In this document: positions 24,160 to 36,859 of the stretch, in pieces
Layout: each line of letters starts with the position of its first letter
Position numbering within the stretch: position 1 is the first letter of the stretch
Assembly: GCF_963921235.1 (NCBI RefSeq)
Contig: NC_086097.1
Span: forward strand, 104,782,001 to 104,846,000
Source of the DNA: Mobula hypostoma
Lineage: Eukaryota
DNA: 64,000 nt
Reading direction: 5' to 3'
Notes under the pieces: model-generated
The model's database searches: none
What the model was told of the DNA's origin: nothing
The model's input: the letters and a program-made list of their open reading frames with translations, nothing else
Translations under genes and position numbers: made by a program

Positions 24160-26555
24160 GAGCTAAGGAACTGCAAGGGTAAAAAACCTGGTGGGAGTTG
24201 AACACAGCCCTCAAAATGGTAGGAAGGATGTGGTCTACAAATTACAATGGGAGATGAAAAATGCATGCAAAAGCTCAATGTTACGATATTCATGGATGAT
24301 TTCAATATGCGAGTAGATTTGGAAAAACAAGTTGGTCCTAGATCCCAAGAGAGGGAATTTCTAGAATACCAACAAGATGGCTTTTTTAGGGCAGCTCATA
24401 GTTGAGCCCAGTAAGTGATCAGCAATTCTGGATTGAGTGTTGTGCAATGAACCTGAATTGATAAGAGAGCTTAAGGTAAAAGAACCCTGAGGAGCAAGTG
24501 ACATATAATCAAATTGACTGAAATTTCAGAAGGAGAAGCTAAAGTCAGATGTATCAGTATTACAGTAGAGTCAAAAGATTTACAAGTATAAGAGAGGAAT
24601 TGGCCAGAATTGATTGGAAAAGAACACTGACAGGCATGATGGCAGAGCAGCAATGGCTGGAATTTGTGGAAGTATTTTGTAAGGCACATGATATATACAT
24701 CCCAAAGAGGAAGTATTCTAAAGGCAAGATGACGCAACCATGACGAACAAGAGAAGTCAAAGTCAACAAAAAAAGCCAAAAGGGCATATATTAGAGCAAA
24801 AATTAGTGGGACGTTAGAGGATTGGGAAGCTTTTAAAAACCAAAAAAGGCAACTAAAAACTTATTAAGAAGGTAATGATGGAATATGAAAGTAAGCTAGC
24901 CAATAAAATTAAAGAGGATACCAAAAGTTTCCTCAGATACATAAACTAAACAAGAGGAGAGTAAATATCGGACTGCTGAAAAACGGTGCTGGTAGTTATG
25001 ATGAACAAGGAAATGGCAGAGAAGTTTCTTGGGAAACTTGAGAGGTCTGAAGGCAGGTAAGTCACCTGGACCAAATGATGTACAGCTCAGGCTTCTGAAA
25101 GAGGTGGCTGAAGAGATTGTGGAATGGTTCCGGGAGACTGGAAAATTTCAAATGTTACTCCACTCTTCAAGAAGGGAGAGAGGTGGAAGAAAGGAAATTA
25201 TAAGCCAGTTAGTCTAACCCCAGTGATTGGGAAGATGTTAGTGTTATTTTTTACAGATGTGATTTTGGAGTACTTGGAGGCGAGTGACAAAATAGGCCTT
25301 AGCATGGTTTCATTAAGGGAAAACCTTGCCTGACAAATCTGTTGGAATTCTTTGAAGAAATAACAAGCAGGACAGGCAAAGGAGAATCGTGGATATTGTG
25401 TACTTGGCTTTTCAGAAGACCTGTGACAAGGTGCCAGACAGGTGGCTGCTTAACAAGTTGCAAGCTCATGGTATTACAGGAAAGATTCTGTAATGGATAA
25501 AGCAGTGGCTGATTGATGGGGGGCAAAGTGTGGGAATAAAGGGAGCCTTTTCTGGTTGGCTGCCTCTGACTAGTGGTGTTCCACAGGGTTCTGTAATGGG
25601 ATTGATTCTTTTTTTTAAATGTTATATGTCAATAATTTGGATGATAGAATTGATGGCTTTGTTGCAAAGTTTGCAGATGATACAAAGATGGGTAGAGGGG
25701 CAGGTTGTGTTGAGGAAATAGAGAGGCTTTAGAAGGACTTGGATTAGGAGAATTGGCAAAGTAGCAGATGGAATACAGTGTCGGGAAGTGTATGGTCATG
25801 TACTTTGGCAGAAGAAATGAAAGAGTTGACTGTTTTCTAATTGGAGAGAAAATACAAAAAAAAACTGAGGCAGAAAGGGACTTGGGAGTCCTTGTGCAGG
25901 ATTCCTTAAATGTTAATTTGCAGGTTGAATCTGGTGAGGAAGTCCTCTTCACTCCAAGAGGACTAGAATATAAAAGTAAGGATGTAATATTGAGACTTTA
26001 TAAAGCACTGGTGAGGCCTCACTTGGAGTATTGAGAGCAGTTTTGGACTCCTTTCATAGAACGGACATTCTGAAATTGGAGGGAGTTCTAAGGAGGTTCA
26101 TGAAAATAATTCGAGGGTTGAGTGGCTTATATAAAGGCCATTTGATGGCTCTGGGCCTGTATTCACTAGAATTCAGAAGAATGGGGTAGTGACCTCTTTG
26201 AAACCTATCGAATGGTAGACCATGGTGTTATAGAGGGGATGTGGAGAGGATGCTTTCTATGGTGGGAGAATTGAAGACCAGAGGACACAGTCTCAGAATA
26301 GAGGAGTGTCCTTTTAGAACAGAGGTGAGGAGGAATTCCTTTATCCAGAGATGGCGAACCTGTAGAATACATTGCAGCTGTGGAGACCAAGTCATTGTGT
26401 CTGTTTAAGGCAGAGGTTGATAGATTCTTGATTGGTTAGAACATAAAGTGATAAGGGGAAATTGGGGTTGAGAGGGAAAATGGATCAGCCATGATGAAAT
26501 GGTGGAGCAGACTCAGTGAGTCAAATAGCGAAATTGGGCTCCAATATCTTATGGT
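24160..26555 (+). mobile_element. Degraded CR1 ORF2 and 3' end
   Basis: KSPGP, NYKPVSLT, GVPQGSV and RPHLEY motifs, with tail atcttatgg at ~26550. Confidence 0.85.
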
Positions 26556-26559
26556 TTTA

Positions 26560-29500
26560 TTTTACGATAGCCATGATGGATTTCGATATGCAGGTAGATT
26601 GGGAAAATCAGGTTGGTGCTGGATCCTAAGGGGAAATTTGTGGATTGCCAATAAGATGGCTTTTTAGAGCAGCTTATAGTTGAGCCCACTATGGGATCAG
26701 CTATTCCAGATTGAGTGTTGTGCAATTAACTGGGATTGATTAGAGAGCTTAATGTGGGGGCTAGTGATCATAATGTGGTAGAATTCACCCTGCAATTTGA
26801 GAAGGAAAGTTAAAGTCAGATATGTCAGTATTATAGTGGAGTTACAAAGGGAATTACAAAGGCATGTAAGAGGAGCTGGTGAAAGTTGACTAGATGGGGA
26901 CACTTGCAGGGATGGCGGCAGAGCAGCAATGGCTGGAGTTTCTGGGAGCAATTGAGTAGACACAAAATAGATGCATCCCAACAAAGAAGTATCCTAAAAG
27001 CAGGATAACACAACCGTGGCTGACAAGGGAATTCAAAGCCAAAGAGGGGGCATATAGTAGAGCAGAATTAGTGGAATTTGGAGGATTGGGAAGCTTTTAA
27101 ATATCATAAGAAAACAACTTTTCTTAACACCAGAGGATCAAGAAAAGATACCAAAAGTTTCTTCAGATATATAAAAAGTAAAAGAGAGGCGAGAATAGAT
27201 ATCAGACTGCTAGAAAATGACGAAGGTAATAATGGGGCACAAGAAATTGCGGTCAAGCTGAATAAGTATTTTGTATCAGTCTTCACTACAGAAGTGAATG
27301 AAGTTACCATTACTAGGGTGAAGATTCTTGGGAAACTGAATTGTCTGAAGGTAGATAAATCACCTGGACCAGATGGTCGACACCCAAGGATTCTGAAAGA
27401 GGTGGTTGAGAGATTGTGGAGGCCTTGGTAATAATCTCTCAAAAATCAATAGAATATGGCATGGTTCTGGGCGATTTGAAAAGCTCAAATGTCACTCCAT
27501 GCTTTAAGAGTGGAAGGAGGTGGAAGATAGGAAATTATAGACCAGTTAGTCTAACATCAGTGGAAGTGAAAATGTTTGAATTGATTATTAAGGATGTGGT
27601 TTCAAGGTACTTGGAGGCACATGATAAAATAGTCCAAAGTCAGCATGGTTTCTTTGAGGGAAATTCTTGCCTGACAGATCTGTTGGAATTCTTTGAAGAA
27701 ATTAGCAGGATAGATGAAGGAGAATCAGTTGATGTGTACTTGGATTTTCAGAAGGCTTTTGATAAGGTGCCACACATGAGGCTGCTTAACAAGTTAAGAA
27801 CCAATGATATTACAGGATGGATGCTGGCATGGTTGGAGCATTATCTGATTGACAGGCGGCAAAGACTGGGAATAAAGGGAGCCTTTTCTGGTTTGCTGCC
27901 AGTTACTAATGGTATTCCACAAAGGTGTTTGTTGGGACCGCTTCTTTTTATGTTATGTCATGTCATTGATTTGGATGACGAAATTGATGGCCTTGTGGAC
28001 GATATGAAGATAGGTGGAGGGGCAGGTAGTGTTGAGGAAGCAGAGAGGCTGCAGGTGGACCTAGACAGATTTTGTGGCAGGTGGAGTGCAGTGATGGGAA
28101 GTGTATGATTGTATACTTTGATTTCAAAGGTACATTTAATGTCAGAAATGTATACAATATGCATCCTAAAATGCTTTTTCTTTGCAACCATCCACGAAAA
28201 CAGAGGAGTGCCCCCAAAGAATGAATGACAGTTAAATGTTAGAACCCCAAAGTCTCCCTGCCCCAGCTCCCCTCCCTCCCACGCATAAGCGGCAGCAAAC
28301 AACGATCCCCCCTCCCCCCCAACAGCTATAAAAAAGCATTGGCGCCCACCACCAAGCACTGCAGTGTGCAGCAAAGACACAGACTTGCAGTACCCCAGAG
28401 ACTACTTGTTCACCCGTTATTCAACATACCACAGGCTCTCTCTCTCTCCCTAATAAGGAAGAAAGGTGTCCCATTTCACAGCGAGGGGGGGCACATAACA
28501 AACAACTCACTGGTTTACGATGTTAAAAGTTCATTACATCACTTTTTCCGAGCTCTGTACCCAAAGACCTCAGGTCTCTGGGCACATAGCCGTAGATCTT
28601 CCGACTCCCATTACGACACACTGATCTCCTGGAGTTATACCGACCTTCGATCTGCCTGTCTCCAGAGCCACAAAATCTCAGACTTTTGTAGGCGAACAAA
28701 GCTCTTAGGTCGCACCCATGACATGTTGAATAATGGCCAGTCATGAATCCCCAAGAGCGGGTCCCGTTCCCACAAAGAACTGAAGTCAGCGTGTAACTCC
28801 AGGTCCAGATCTTCAAAAGAACCCTGAAAGGGAAAAATAGTGATATTATAGCTAGAAATAGAGCTGTTTCCAAAGATGCAAGCAAAGGAATCGCCTTTTG
28901 GTAGAATTAAACCATACATTATTTTCTAAATTGGGAGAAAAAAAAATCTGAGGTACAAAGGGCTTGGGAATTCTTCTGCAGGATTCCCTAAGGTTAATTT
29001 GCAGGTTGAGTCAGTGGTGAGGAAGGCAGATGCAATGTTAGCATTCATTTCAAGAGGACTAAATTTATAAAAGCAAAGATGTAATGTTTGAGGCTTTATA
29101 AAACACTGATGAGGCCTCGTTTGGAGTATTGTGAGCAGTGTTGGGCCCCTTTTCTAAGAAAGCATGTGTTGACGTTGGAGGGAGTTCAAAGGAAGTCACA
29201 AGAATTATTTTGGGATTGATAGGCACCATATAAGGAGCATTTTGATGGCCCTTGGCCTGTTCTCACTTGACGTTTCCTATGGTGGTGGAGTCTAGGACCA
29301 GAAGACACAACCTCAGAATAGAGCGACATCCATTTCGAACAGAGAATGGAGAAATTTCTTTAGCCAGAGGGTGGTGAGTATGTGCAATTCATTGTACAGG
29401 CAGCTGTGATGACCAAATCTTTGGGTATATTGAAGGAAGAGGTTGATAGATTGTTGATTAGTCAAAGCGTGAAGGGTTATGGGGAGGAGGCAGGAGATTG

Positions 29501-29595
29501 GGGCTGAGAGGGAAATGGATCAACCACGATGAAATGACAGAGCAGACTCGATGGATCAAAATGATCTAATTTTGCTTCTATATTTTGTGGTCTTA
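26560..29595 (+). mobile_element. Degraded CR1 ORF2 and 3' end, interrupted at 28121-28895
   Basis: ORFs 27078-27431 and 27416-28108 ([20 protein letters not shown]), with tail tgtggtctt at ~29590. Confidence 0.88.
28121..28895 (-). mobile_element. Non-autonomous non-LTR-type insertion, about 775 bp, unclassified
   Basis: Splits CR1 text atactttg|...|ttttggtag with a short TTTG duplication. The minus strand ends gtatacatttctgacattaaatgtacctttgaaa, like a LINE 3' tail. No recognisable protein. Confidence 0.6.
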
Positions 29596-29639
29596 AATAC
29601 ATCCTTCTCTAAAAATGGACATCCAGGTAGACAGAATAG

Positions 29640-30185
29640 CAAAGATTATATTATGCTTGAACCAATGGAGACTTTGAGTCTAGGAGGTGCAAATTGTATA
29701 AATTGTTGGTTAGGCTGCTATAGGAGGATTGTATGGTTCAAATTGCCATATTACAGCAAGTATGCAATTTAGCAAAGGATAATGCAGAAAAGATTAGTGT
29801 GTTGCCTGACTGAGAGAACTTGTTGTAAGGGGAGATGAGATGGATTTGGGTCTGTTTTTTCTGGAGTGAAGAGGAGTTAATGGATGACCTTGGAGGTTCA
29901 TTTAATTATGAAAGCTGTAGATGGGGTAATCTTTTATAGAGATAAAGAATCTTAAAACTAGAGGGCATATGTTTAAAGTGAGAGAGAAAGATTTAAAGAT
30001 GATCTGAAAGGAAGTTTTTTTTTCCCCACATACCGGGTGGTTTGTACATGGAACAAACAAAGAAACACGAATGGGAAAGGCATGGATAGGAGACATGGGC
30101 CTTATGGGATTAGTGCCAATAGGCAACTTGTCCAGCATGGACTAGTTGGGCTGAAGGGCCTGTTTCTGCGCAGTGGACTCTGAAT
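29640..30185 (+). mobile_element. Old CR1 3' fragment just upstream of the second exon
   Basis: aaaactagagggcatatgtttaaagtgagag and ttgggctgaagggcctgtttctg CR1 3' motifs. Confidence 0.65.
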
Positions 30186-30319
30186 GTATGACACAAGCAT
30201 AAAGCCTAGCTTCTGCACAAGATAATGTTTGTCTTAAAAGATGACCTTGCTTGGTGGGTATACTGAAGGAGGTTGTACGCAGCAGACAAGGTTTGTTTAC
30301 AGTGTATCTTTCTTCGCAG

Positions 30320-30467
30320 TGGACTGTGGGAGGCAGCAAGACCAAAAAGAAGGGAAAAGGCAAGAGTGGAGAGAAGAAACAAACTACCAAGAGGGCAGTG
30401 AACAAGGCAGCGTCTTCAGGCAGCTCAGTGGAAGACAGCTCTGGAGATACTTCTGCTCCAGAAGAAG
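30320..30467 (+). CDS. RTF1: RTF1 internal coding exon, equivalent to exon 3
   Basis: ttcttcgcAG|TGG acceptor and GAAG|GTAAAG donor. 148 nt encode WTVGGSKTKKKGKGKSGEKKQTTKRAVNKAASSGSSVEDSSGDTSAPEE(G), continuing the previous exon in phase 0 and ending in phase 1. Confidence 0.93.
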
Positions 30468-31082
30468 GTAAAGACCATAAGATATAGAAGCAGAATTGGA
30501 CCATTTAGCCCATCAAGTCTGCACCATCATTTCATCATGGCTGATCCAGTTTTCCTCTTAGCCCCAACCTCCTGTTTTCTCACCGTATCCCTTCATGCCC
30601 TAACCAAGCAAGAATCTATCAACCTCGACCTTAAAAGATTTGGTCTCCACAGCTGTTTGTGGCAAAGAATTCCAAAGATACACAACTTTCTGGCTAAAGA
30701 AAATTCCTCCCCAGCTCCGTTCTAAAAAGACATTCATCTATTCTGAGATTGTGTACTCTGGACTTAGACTCGACCACCATGGGAAATATCCTATCGACAT
30801 CCACTCTATCAAGACCTTTCACAATTTGATAGGTTTCAATAAGGTCACTCCTCATTCTTCTGAATTCCAGTGAATATAGGCCCAGAGCCATCAAATACCC
30901 TTCATATGACAAGCTACTCAATCGTGGAATTATTTTTGTGAACCTCCTTTGAACCCTCTCCGGTTTCAGCACATCCTTTCTAAGATAAAGGGCCTGAAAC
31001 TGCTCATAACACTTTTAGCAACACACTTTATCAAAGTTGCTGGTGAATGCAGCAGGTCAGGCAGCATCTCTAGGAAGAGGTA

Positions 31083-31120
31083 CAGTCGACGTTTCAGGCC
31101 GAGACCGTTCGTCAGGTCTG
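31083..31120 (-). ncRNA. Minimal hammerhead ribozyme motif, inverted copy with a stem II mismatch
   Basis: Minus strand reads CAGAC-CTGACGA-ACGGTCTCGGCCT-GAAA-CGTC-GACTG. Confidence 0.5.
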
Positions 31121-31150
31121 ATGAAGGGTCTCGGCCTGAAACGTCAACTG
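31113..31150 (+). ncRNA. Minimal type I hammerhead ribozyme motif (Penelope type)
   Basis: CTGATGA (31118-31124), stem II AGG/CCT, GAAA (31138-31141), then CGTC with the predicted cut after C31145. Stem I CAGGT/AACTG pairs at 4 of 5 positions. Confidence 0.65.
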
Positions 31151-31683
31151 TACCTCTTCCTAGAGATGCTGCCTGACCTGCTGTGTTCACCAGCAACTTT
31201 GATAAAGTCTGTTGCTTGAATTTCCAGCATCCGCAGAATTCCTCTTGTTTGCGTCATAACACTTCTAGTGAGGTTTCACCGGTGCTTTATAAAATGTCAA
31301 CATTACATTCTTGCTTTTATATTCTAGTTCTCTTGAAATGAATGCTAACATTGCATTTCTCTTCCTCACCACAGACTCTGTATGTAAATTAACCTTTAGG
31401 GAATCTTGCACAAGGATTCCCAAGTCCCTTTGCGCCTCATGTTTTTGTATTTTCTCTCCATTTAGAAAATAGTCAGCCCTTTCATTTCTTCTACCAAATT
31501 GCATGACCATACACTTTCCGACACTATTAAATCTGCCATTTCTTTGCCCATTTTCTTAATCAGTTTAAGTCCTCCTGTACCCTCTCTACTGCCTCAAAAC
31601 TACCTGCCCTGTCCACCTATCTTTGTATCGTCTGCAAGCTTTGCAACAAAGCCATCGATTCCGTCATCCAAATCATTGGCATA

Positions 31684-31889
31684 CAGTGCCTACAAAAAGT
31701 ATTCTCCCGCCCCCCCCCCCCGCCACCCCACCTGGAAGTTTTCATGTTTTATTGTTTTCACTTTGACATGAAAGAGTCTTTTTCTGTTGATCAGTGTCAA
31801 AAAAGCCAAATTAAACCCACTGTGATTCAGTGGTGTAAAACAATAAAAAATGAAATTTATAAGGGGGTGAATACTTTTTATAGGCACTG
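31684..31889. mobile_element. Tc1/mariner-derived MITE, 206 bp
   Basis: TA TSD (31682-31683 and 31890-31891). TIRs CAGTGCCTACAAAAAGTATTC and GAATACTTTTTATAGGCACTG, with further imperfect inverted similarity inward (ttcatgttttattgttt and aaacaataaaaaatgaa). Confidence 0.88.
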
Positions 31890-32649
31890 TATAACATAAA
31901 AGAATCATTCTGAACACAGACCACTAATCATTAGCAGCCAGTCTTTGACTCCTGCCTATCAGCCACTGCTTTATCCATGCTAGAATATTTCTTGTAATAC
32001 CATGGGCTCGTAGCTTGTTAAGCAGCCTCATGTGTGGCACCTTGTAAAAGGTCTTTTGAAAATCCAAGTGCACAACATCAACTAATTCTCCTTTGTCTAT
32101 CTTGCTTGTTATTTCTTCAAGGAATTCCAACAAATTTGTCAGGCAAGATTTTCCCTTGAGGAAACCATGCTGACTGTGGTCTGTTTTATCATGTGCCTCC
32201 AAGTACCCCAAAACTACATCTTCAACTCCAACATCTTCCCAACCACTGAGGTCAGACTAACTGACCTATAGTTTCCTTTCTTCTGCCTCTCTCTCTCCTT
32301 GAAGAGTGGAGTGACATTTGCAATTTTCTAGTCTTCTGGAACCATTCCAGAATCTAGTGATTCTTGAAAGATCTTTACTAATCCTCCACAATCTCTTTAG
32401 CCACCTCTTTCAGAACCCTGGGGTGTACACCATCTGGTCCAGGTGACTTATCTACCTTCAGACCTTTTCAGTTTCCTAAGAATCTTCTTTCTAGTAATGG
32501 TAACTTCACATACTTCATGACTTCTACCTGGAACTTCTACCATACTGTTAGTGTCTTCCACAGTGAAGACTGATGCAAAATATTCAGTTTGTCCACCACT
32601 TCCTTGTCCCCCATTACTATCTCTCCAACATCATTTTCCAGTGGTCCAA

Positions 32650-33075
32650 TACTTTATACTTTACACTAATTGTCGCCAAACAATTGATACCAGAACGTAC
32701 GATCATCACAGCGGTATTTGATTCTGTGCTTCCCATTCCCTGGATTACAAATTGATAGTAAATATTAAAAATTTAAATTATAAATCATAAATAGAAAATA
32801 GAAAAATGGAAAGTAAGGTAGTGCAAAAAAACCGAGAGGCAGGTCCGGATATTTGGAGGGTGCGGCCCAGATCCGGGTCAGGATCGTTTCAGCAGTCTTA
32901 TCACAGTTGGAAAAAAGCTGTTCCCAAATCTGGCCGTACGAGTCTTCAAGCTCCTGAGCCTTCTCCTGGAGGGAAGAGGGGCGAAAAGTGTGTTGGCTGG
33001 GTGGCTCGTGTCCTTGATTATCCTGGCAGCACTGCTCCGACAGCATGCGGTGTAAAGTGAGTCCAAGGACGGACT
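32650..33075 (-). mobile_element. Rex1/Babar-type LINE 3' fragment
   Basis: ORF 32878-33078 SLDSLY...AARIIKDTSHPANTLFAPLPSRRRLRSLKTRTARFGNSFFPTVIRLL, with a (TAAAGTA)-like tail at ~32650. Confidence 0.8.
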
Positions 33076-33318
33076 CACTTTGCACAGCTCTCGCCTCTCT
33101 TTTACACTTTATGCATCTGAGAAATTTAATATTACTGGCTCGTTTCCTTTCGGATTCCATCTTTCCCTTAATGACTTTTTTTTTCTCTGTTGCCTTTTGG
33201 TTTTTAAAAGCTTTCTGATCCTCTGTGACTTCACACTAACTTTTGCTCTTATATGCCCTCTCTTTAGCTTTTATGTTGGCTTTGATTTTTCTTCTTAGCC
33301 ACAGTTGTGTCATCTTTC

Positions 33319-33945
33319 TGAAAAACCCTGGTGTCCTTGGCTGCGTAATTCTAGGGAAGTCTGGCCCTGCCAAACTTGTGAGATTGAGGCGCTCTCCCAC
33401 CCCAAACCCCTGCTTGTGTGGATGCTGTAAGTTGCTATCCTGTAACAAATTGGGGCCACGAAATAACAGACAGTACACTGCATACGATTAAAAGAATTAT
33501 ATTTATGAATCTTAACTTTAAGTAAAGAATAACAAAAAGAAAAGGGCCCATTCTAATTAAATGGTCATATGTGCACAGGTTGGAGCTCATCTTGAATTTC
33601 TCTGTCACTCACGAGCTGGGTCCTCATCAGCGTGAACACCCACACACCTTCCTAATGTCACTTGCAATCCATCTTGAACAAACGGGAAACGGGTCTCCCA
33701 CTGGATTGTATGCTACGACCGATTCTCTCTTTATCTCCCACCCAAAAAAAACAAGACTAACCTTATTGCCCCTCACAAAGAAAACCTCCCGCTAATTGGA
33801 TGGCATACATTCCACATCTTCCCTCATCTTAAACAGTAACCTAAACAAGCCAAAATGGAGCAAGCTGAAAACAAGCAGCTCTTACAGAACTGCCAAAATG
33901 AAATACCTACAGCATAACAGTAAAAATATGAAGCAGGGCGTTACA
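33319..33945. mobile_element. Probable solo LTR, 627 bp
   Basis: TG...CA ends with an imperfect terminal inverted repeat (TGAAAAACCCTG and CAGGGCGTTACA) and a near-TSD TTTC/GTTC. Host CR1 rejoins gtcatctttc|ctttagag. Confidence 0.7.
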
Positions 33946-34259
33946 GTTCCTTTAGAGTACTTTTTCCTCTTTGGGATGTATACATCCTGTGCCTTCCAAA
34001 TTGCTTCCAGAAATCCCAGCCATTGTTGCTCTGCCATCATCCAATCTTTTTCAATCAGTTCTTTTCCAATCAGTTCTGGCCAACTTCTCTCTCTTGCCTC
34101 TGTATTTCCCTTTACTCCACTGTAATACTGAAACATCAGACCTTAACTACTTCTCCTCAAATTTCATGGTAAACTGGTGGTATTCTAGAGAGAGAGCGAA
34201 AGGGAGAGAAGTTAGCTGGCAGCCATCTCTCATTTAGGAATGATCAATAAATTGTTGGG

Positions 34260-36300
34260 CCAGAGGGCATAGCCCCTATATAGAAGGATGTCTCGTTAGA
34301 ACAGAGAAGCAAATCTGGAGTTTATTGCCACCAATGGTTGCAGAGGCCAAGTCATCAGGAGGTTGCTGGTTCTTGATTAGTAAGAGTGTCAAAAGTTACA
34401 AGGAGAAGGCAAGAGAATGGGATTAAGAGGGATAATAAAATGGCCATGATGAAATGGTGAAGCAAACTTGATGGGCCAAGTAGCCTACTTCTGCTGTTAT
34501 GTATTACAATCTTATGGTATATTGCTGTGAGGGTGCTAGAAGAGTTATTAGAGGCAGATGCAATTACAAATGTTTGGACAAGGTCATGGGCAAATGGGAT
34601 TAGTGTAGGTTAGCATGATATAAAGGCTGTAAGACATAGAAGGAGGAGTATTAGGCCATTTGGCCTGTCGCATTTTTGGGGGAAAATAAGTATATTCGAC
34701 TTGGGTGAGAAGAACCTGAATTGTGTGATGTGTGGAGATGAGTGAAGCACATGAATATAGAAAGTAAGCAGATGTTTTGTTACAGAGAAGTACTTTTACA
34801 ATTGTGTAGGTCACTGGTGAGGCTACACCTGGAGTACTGGCCACAGCTTTACTCTATGTATCATCAATTCATCTACCCAATAAATACATGAATTCAGGTC
34901 ATCTTAAACTTCGACTTTTTGTATTTTTGTTATTGCAAGAAATAGCATGGAAAGAAAGATGGAATGAGTCACCGAAGATACAGCATACTAAACCAAGCAG
35001 CATCCTCGTAATAAGCGAGAAAATCTGCAGATGTTGGAAAATCAAACAAGCAACACACATATATGCTGGAGCGACTCAGCAGAACTGCTATGCATCCTAG
35101 TAAACATCTTCTGCAGCAAGCCCCACCCAAGCCTGAACATCCTTTTAATAATGGGGCAACTAGAATTGAATGTGACACTCTAAATGTGTCTTTATCAGAG
35201 TTTTATATATCTGTAACATCATTTCCTGGTTCCTGAGCTCTGCCTCAGCTAATGAAGGCAAGTCGGCCATATGCCTCCTTTACCACCCTATCAACCTGTG
35301 CGGTTGCTTTCAGGAGCCAAGTACATTGACTCCCAAGATGTCTTTGTTCCTGCCGTTAGTATGGCGGATGTGACCAAGTGGTCTGGAAGTCCATTGGCGA
35401 TTTAAGAAAAAAAAACTGGACTCTCCCTTTATGTTGGATCTCCCAAAGTGCATCACACCACATTTTATTTATTAGATGTACAGCATGGTAGCTGGCCCTT
35501 CTGGTCCAACATGCCTGTGCTGCTAAATTACAGCCATGTCACCAGTAAGCCTACTAATCTGTAGGTCTCTGTAATGTGAGAGGAACCCTGCATGGGGAGA
35601 CTAGTCTGCAATAAATGTTACCTGCATCTTTGTGCCCATATCTATATTTGATCTGTATCCTTTAGCAACCTGTACAATCCAGAATGCCACCAAATTTTGT
35701 GTCATCTGCAAACTTACTGACCCACCCTATTACACGTTCATTCAAATCTACATATATGACAAACAGCAGGTCTCAGTAAGGATCCTAATGGACTCCACTA
35801 GTCACAGAACCCTAGAATAAGACCCACCCACCACTATCCCATCAGGCCCTGGATTACCTATCCACTTATATTTTTCAAGAGACTATATGCTACCTTGTTC
35901 CTTATCTTGCAAAGTTCTAGCCTCTTGGAATGCTCTACTTTGGTCTCACTGTCCCCTACATTCTTCTCATTTAAATCGACACAAAGTACTCAGGATCGCA
36001 CCCATGTTCTCTTACCTCTAAACACAAGTTGCTGCTTTTGTCTGAGTGGTCCTACCCTTGTTCTGATTATCCTCTAGCTCTTAATGAAGATGTACAATGG
36101 TTTGGGATTTTTTTTTCTAATTCTACTTGCCAAGGACTTTTCATAACCCCTTCTAGCTATCCTAAATCTCTTCTTGAATTCCCTTCTGGCTCCATCATAG
36201 TCCTCAAGCACCCTGTTTGATCTTAACTTCCTAAGCCTTGCATCTGCTTCCTTATCCTTGACTAAATCAGCTACCTCTTTCTTCATCCATGGTTCAGGTT
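34260..36300. mobile_element. Mixed degraded fragments: CR1 (+ ~34260-34520, - ~35090-36300), a Penelope 3' end (~34990-35085) and a SINE-like piece (~35460-35600)
   Basis: CR1 3' motifs, ORF 36074-36286 (RRGYEKSLASRI..NPK), and gaaaatctgcagatgttggaaa matching the Penelope pLTR end. Confidence 0.55.
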
Positions 36301-36859
36301 TACATCCGCCTCATTATTCTGTGCCACTCTTTTATTTCCTTTACTTTACTTGTACTTACCCACTCCCAGCCCTCTGATTTGACATCCTATCTAAGGAATT
36401 ATTTTAGGCTAATGATTGAGGCAGTTAAACACTAATACGTCATTGGTTACATACTTCCAATCACAAACATGACCCTCTACATTCACCTATCGAACTAATT
36501 TTCCATCCAATTTGTCAATTTGTTCTGAAATCCAGGGACCAGTTGGGATCTTGTTAAAGGTTTTAGTGAATCATAAAATCATAACAGCATGAAAACAGGC
36601 TAATTGGCCTAACTGATCAACCAATCAGTGAACACCATCTGAGTAAATCCTATCACCCACTTGTAATCCATAACCATCTACGCTAAAGTGATTCAAATGT
36701 TCATATAGGTACAGGTTAAATCTGTCAGGAACTCAGCTTCCTTGCAGTCTACCTTGATCTCGTAATTCCATATCTCGCAGTAAGGTCCTTTCTTAGCCTC
36801 CTCAGCTTCAGGGGAATAAAAGATCCAGACTTTCCAGCATCTCCTCATGGTGAAGGAAG

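Larger units (their letters stand above)
31015..31253. mobile_element. Palindromic Penelope-pLTR-derived insertion with two inverted hammerhead cores
   Basis: TSD TCATAACACTT (31004-31014 and 31254-31264). Inverted arms at 31018-31115 and 31118-31215. Sequence matches the pLTR at 21790-21880. Confidence 0.88.
30471..34170 (-). mobile_element. CR1 LINE (3' end abuts the exon donor) with four nested insertions
   Basis: Tail aagaccataag at 30471. Minus ORFs 30694-30972, 31265-31510 and 31924-32211 (LDFQKTFYKVPH). Interrupted by the Penelope palindrome, Tc1 MITE, Rex1 fragment and a solo LTR. Confidence 0.9.
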
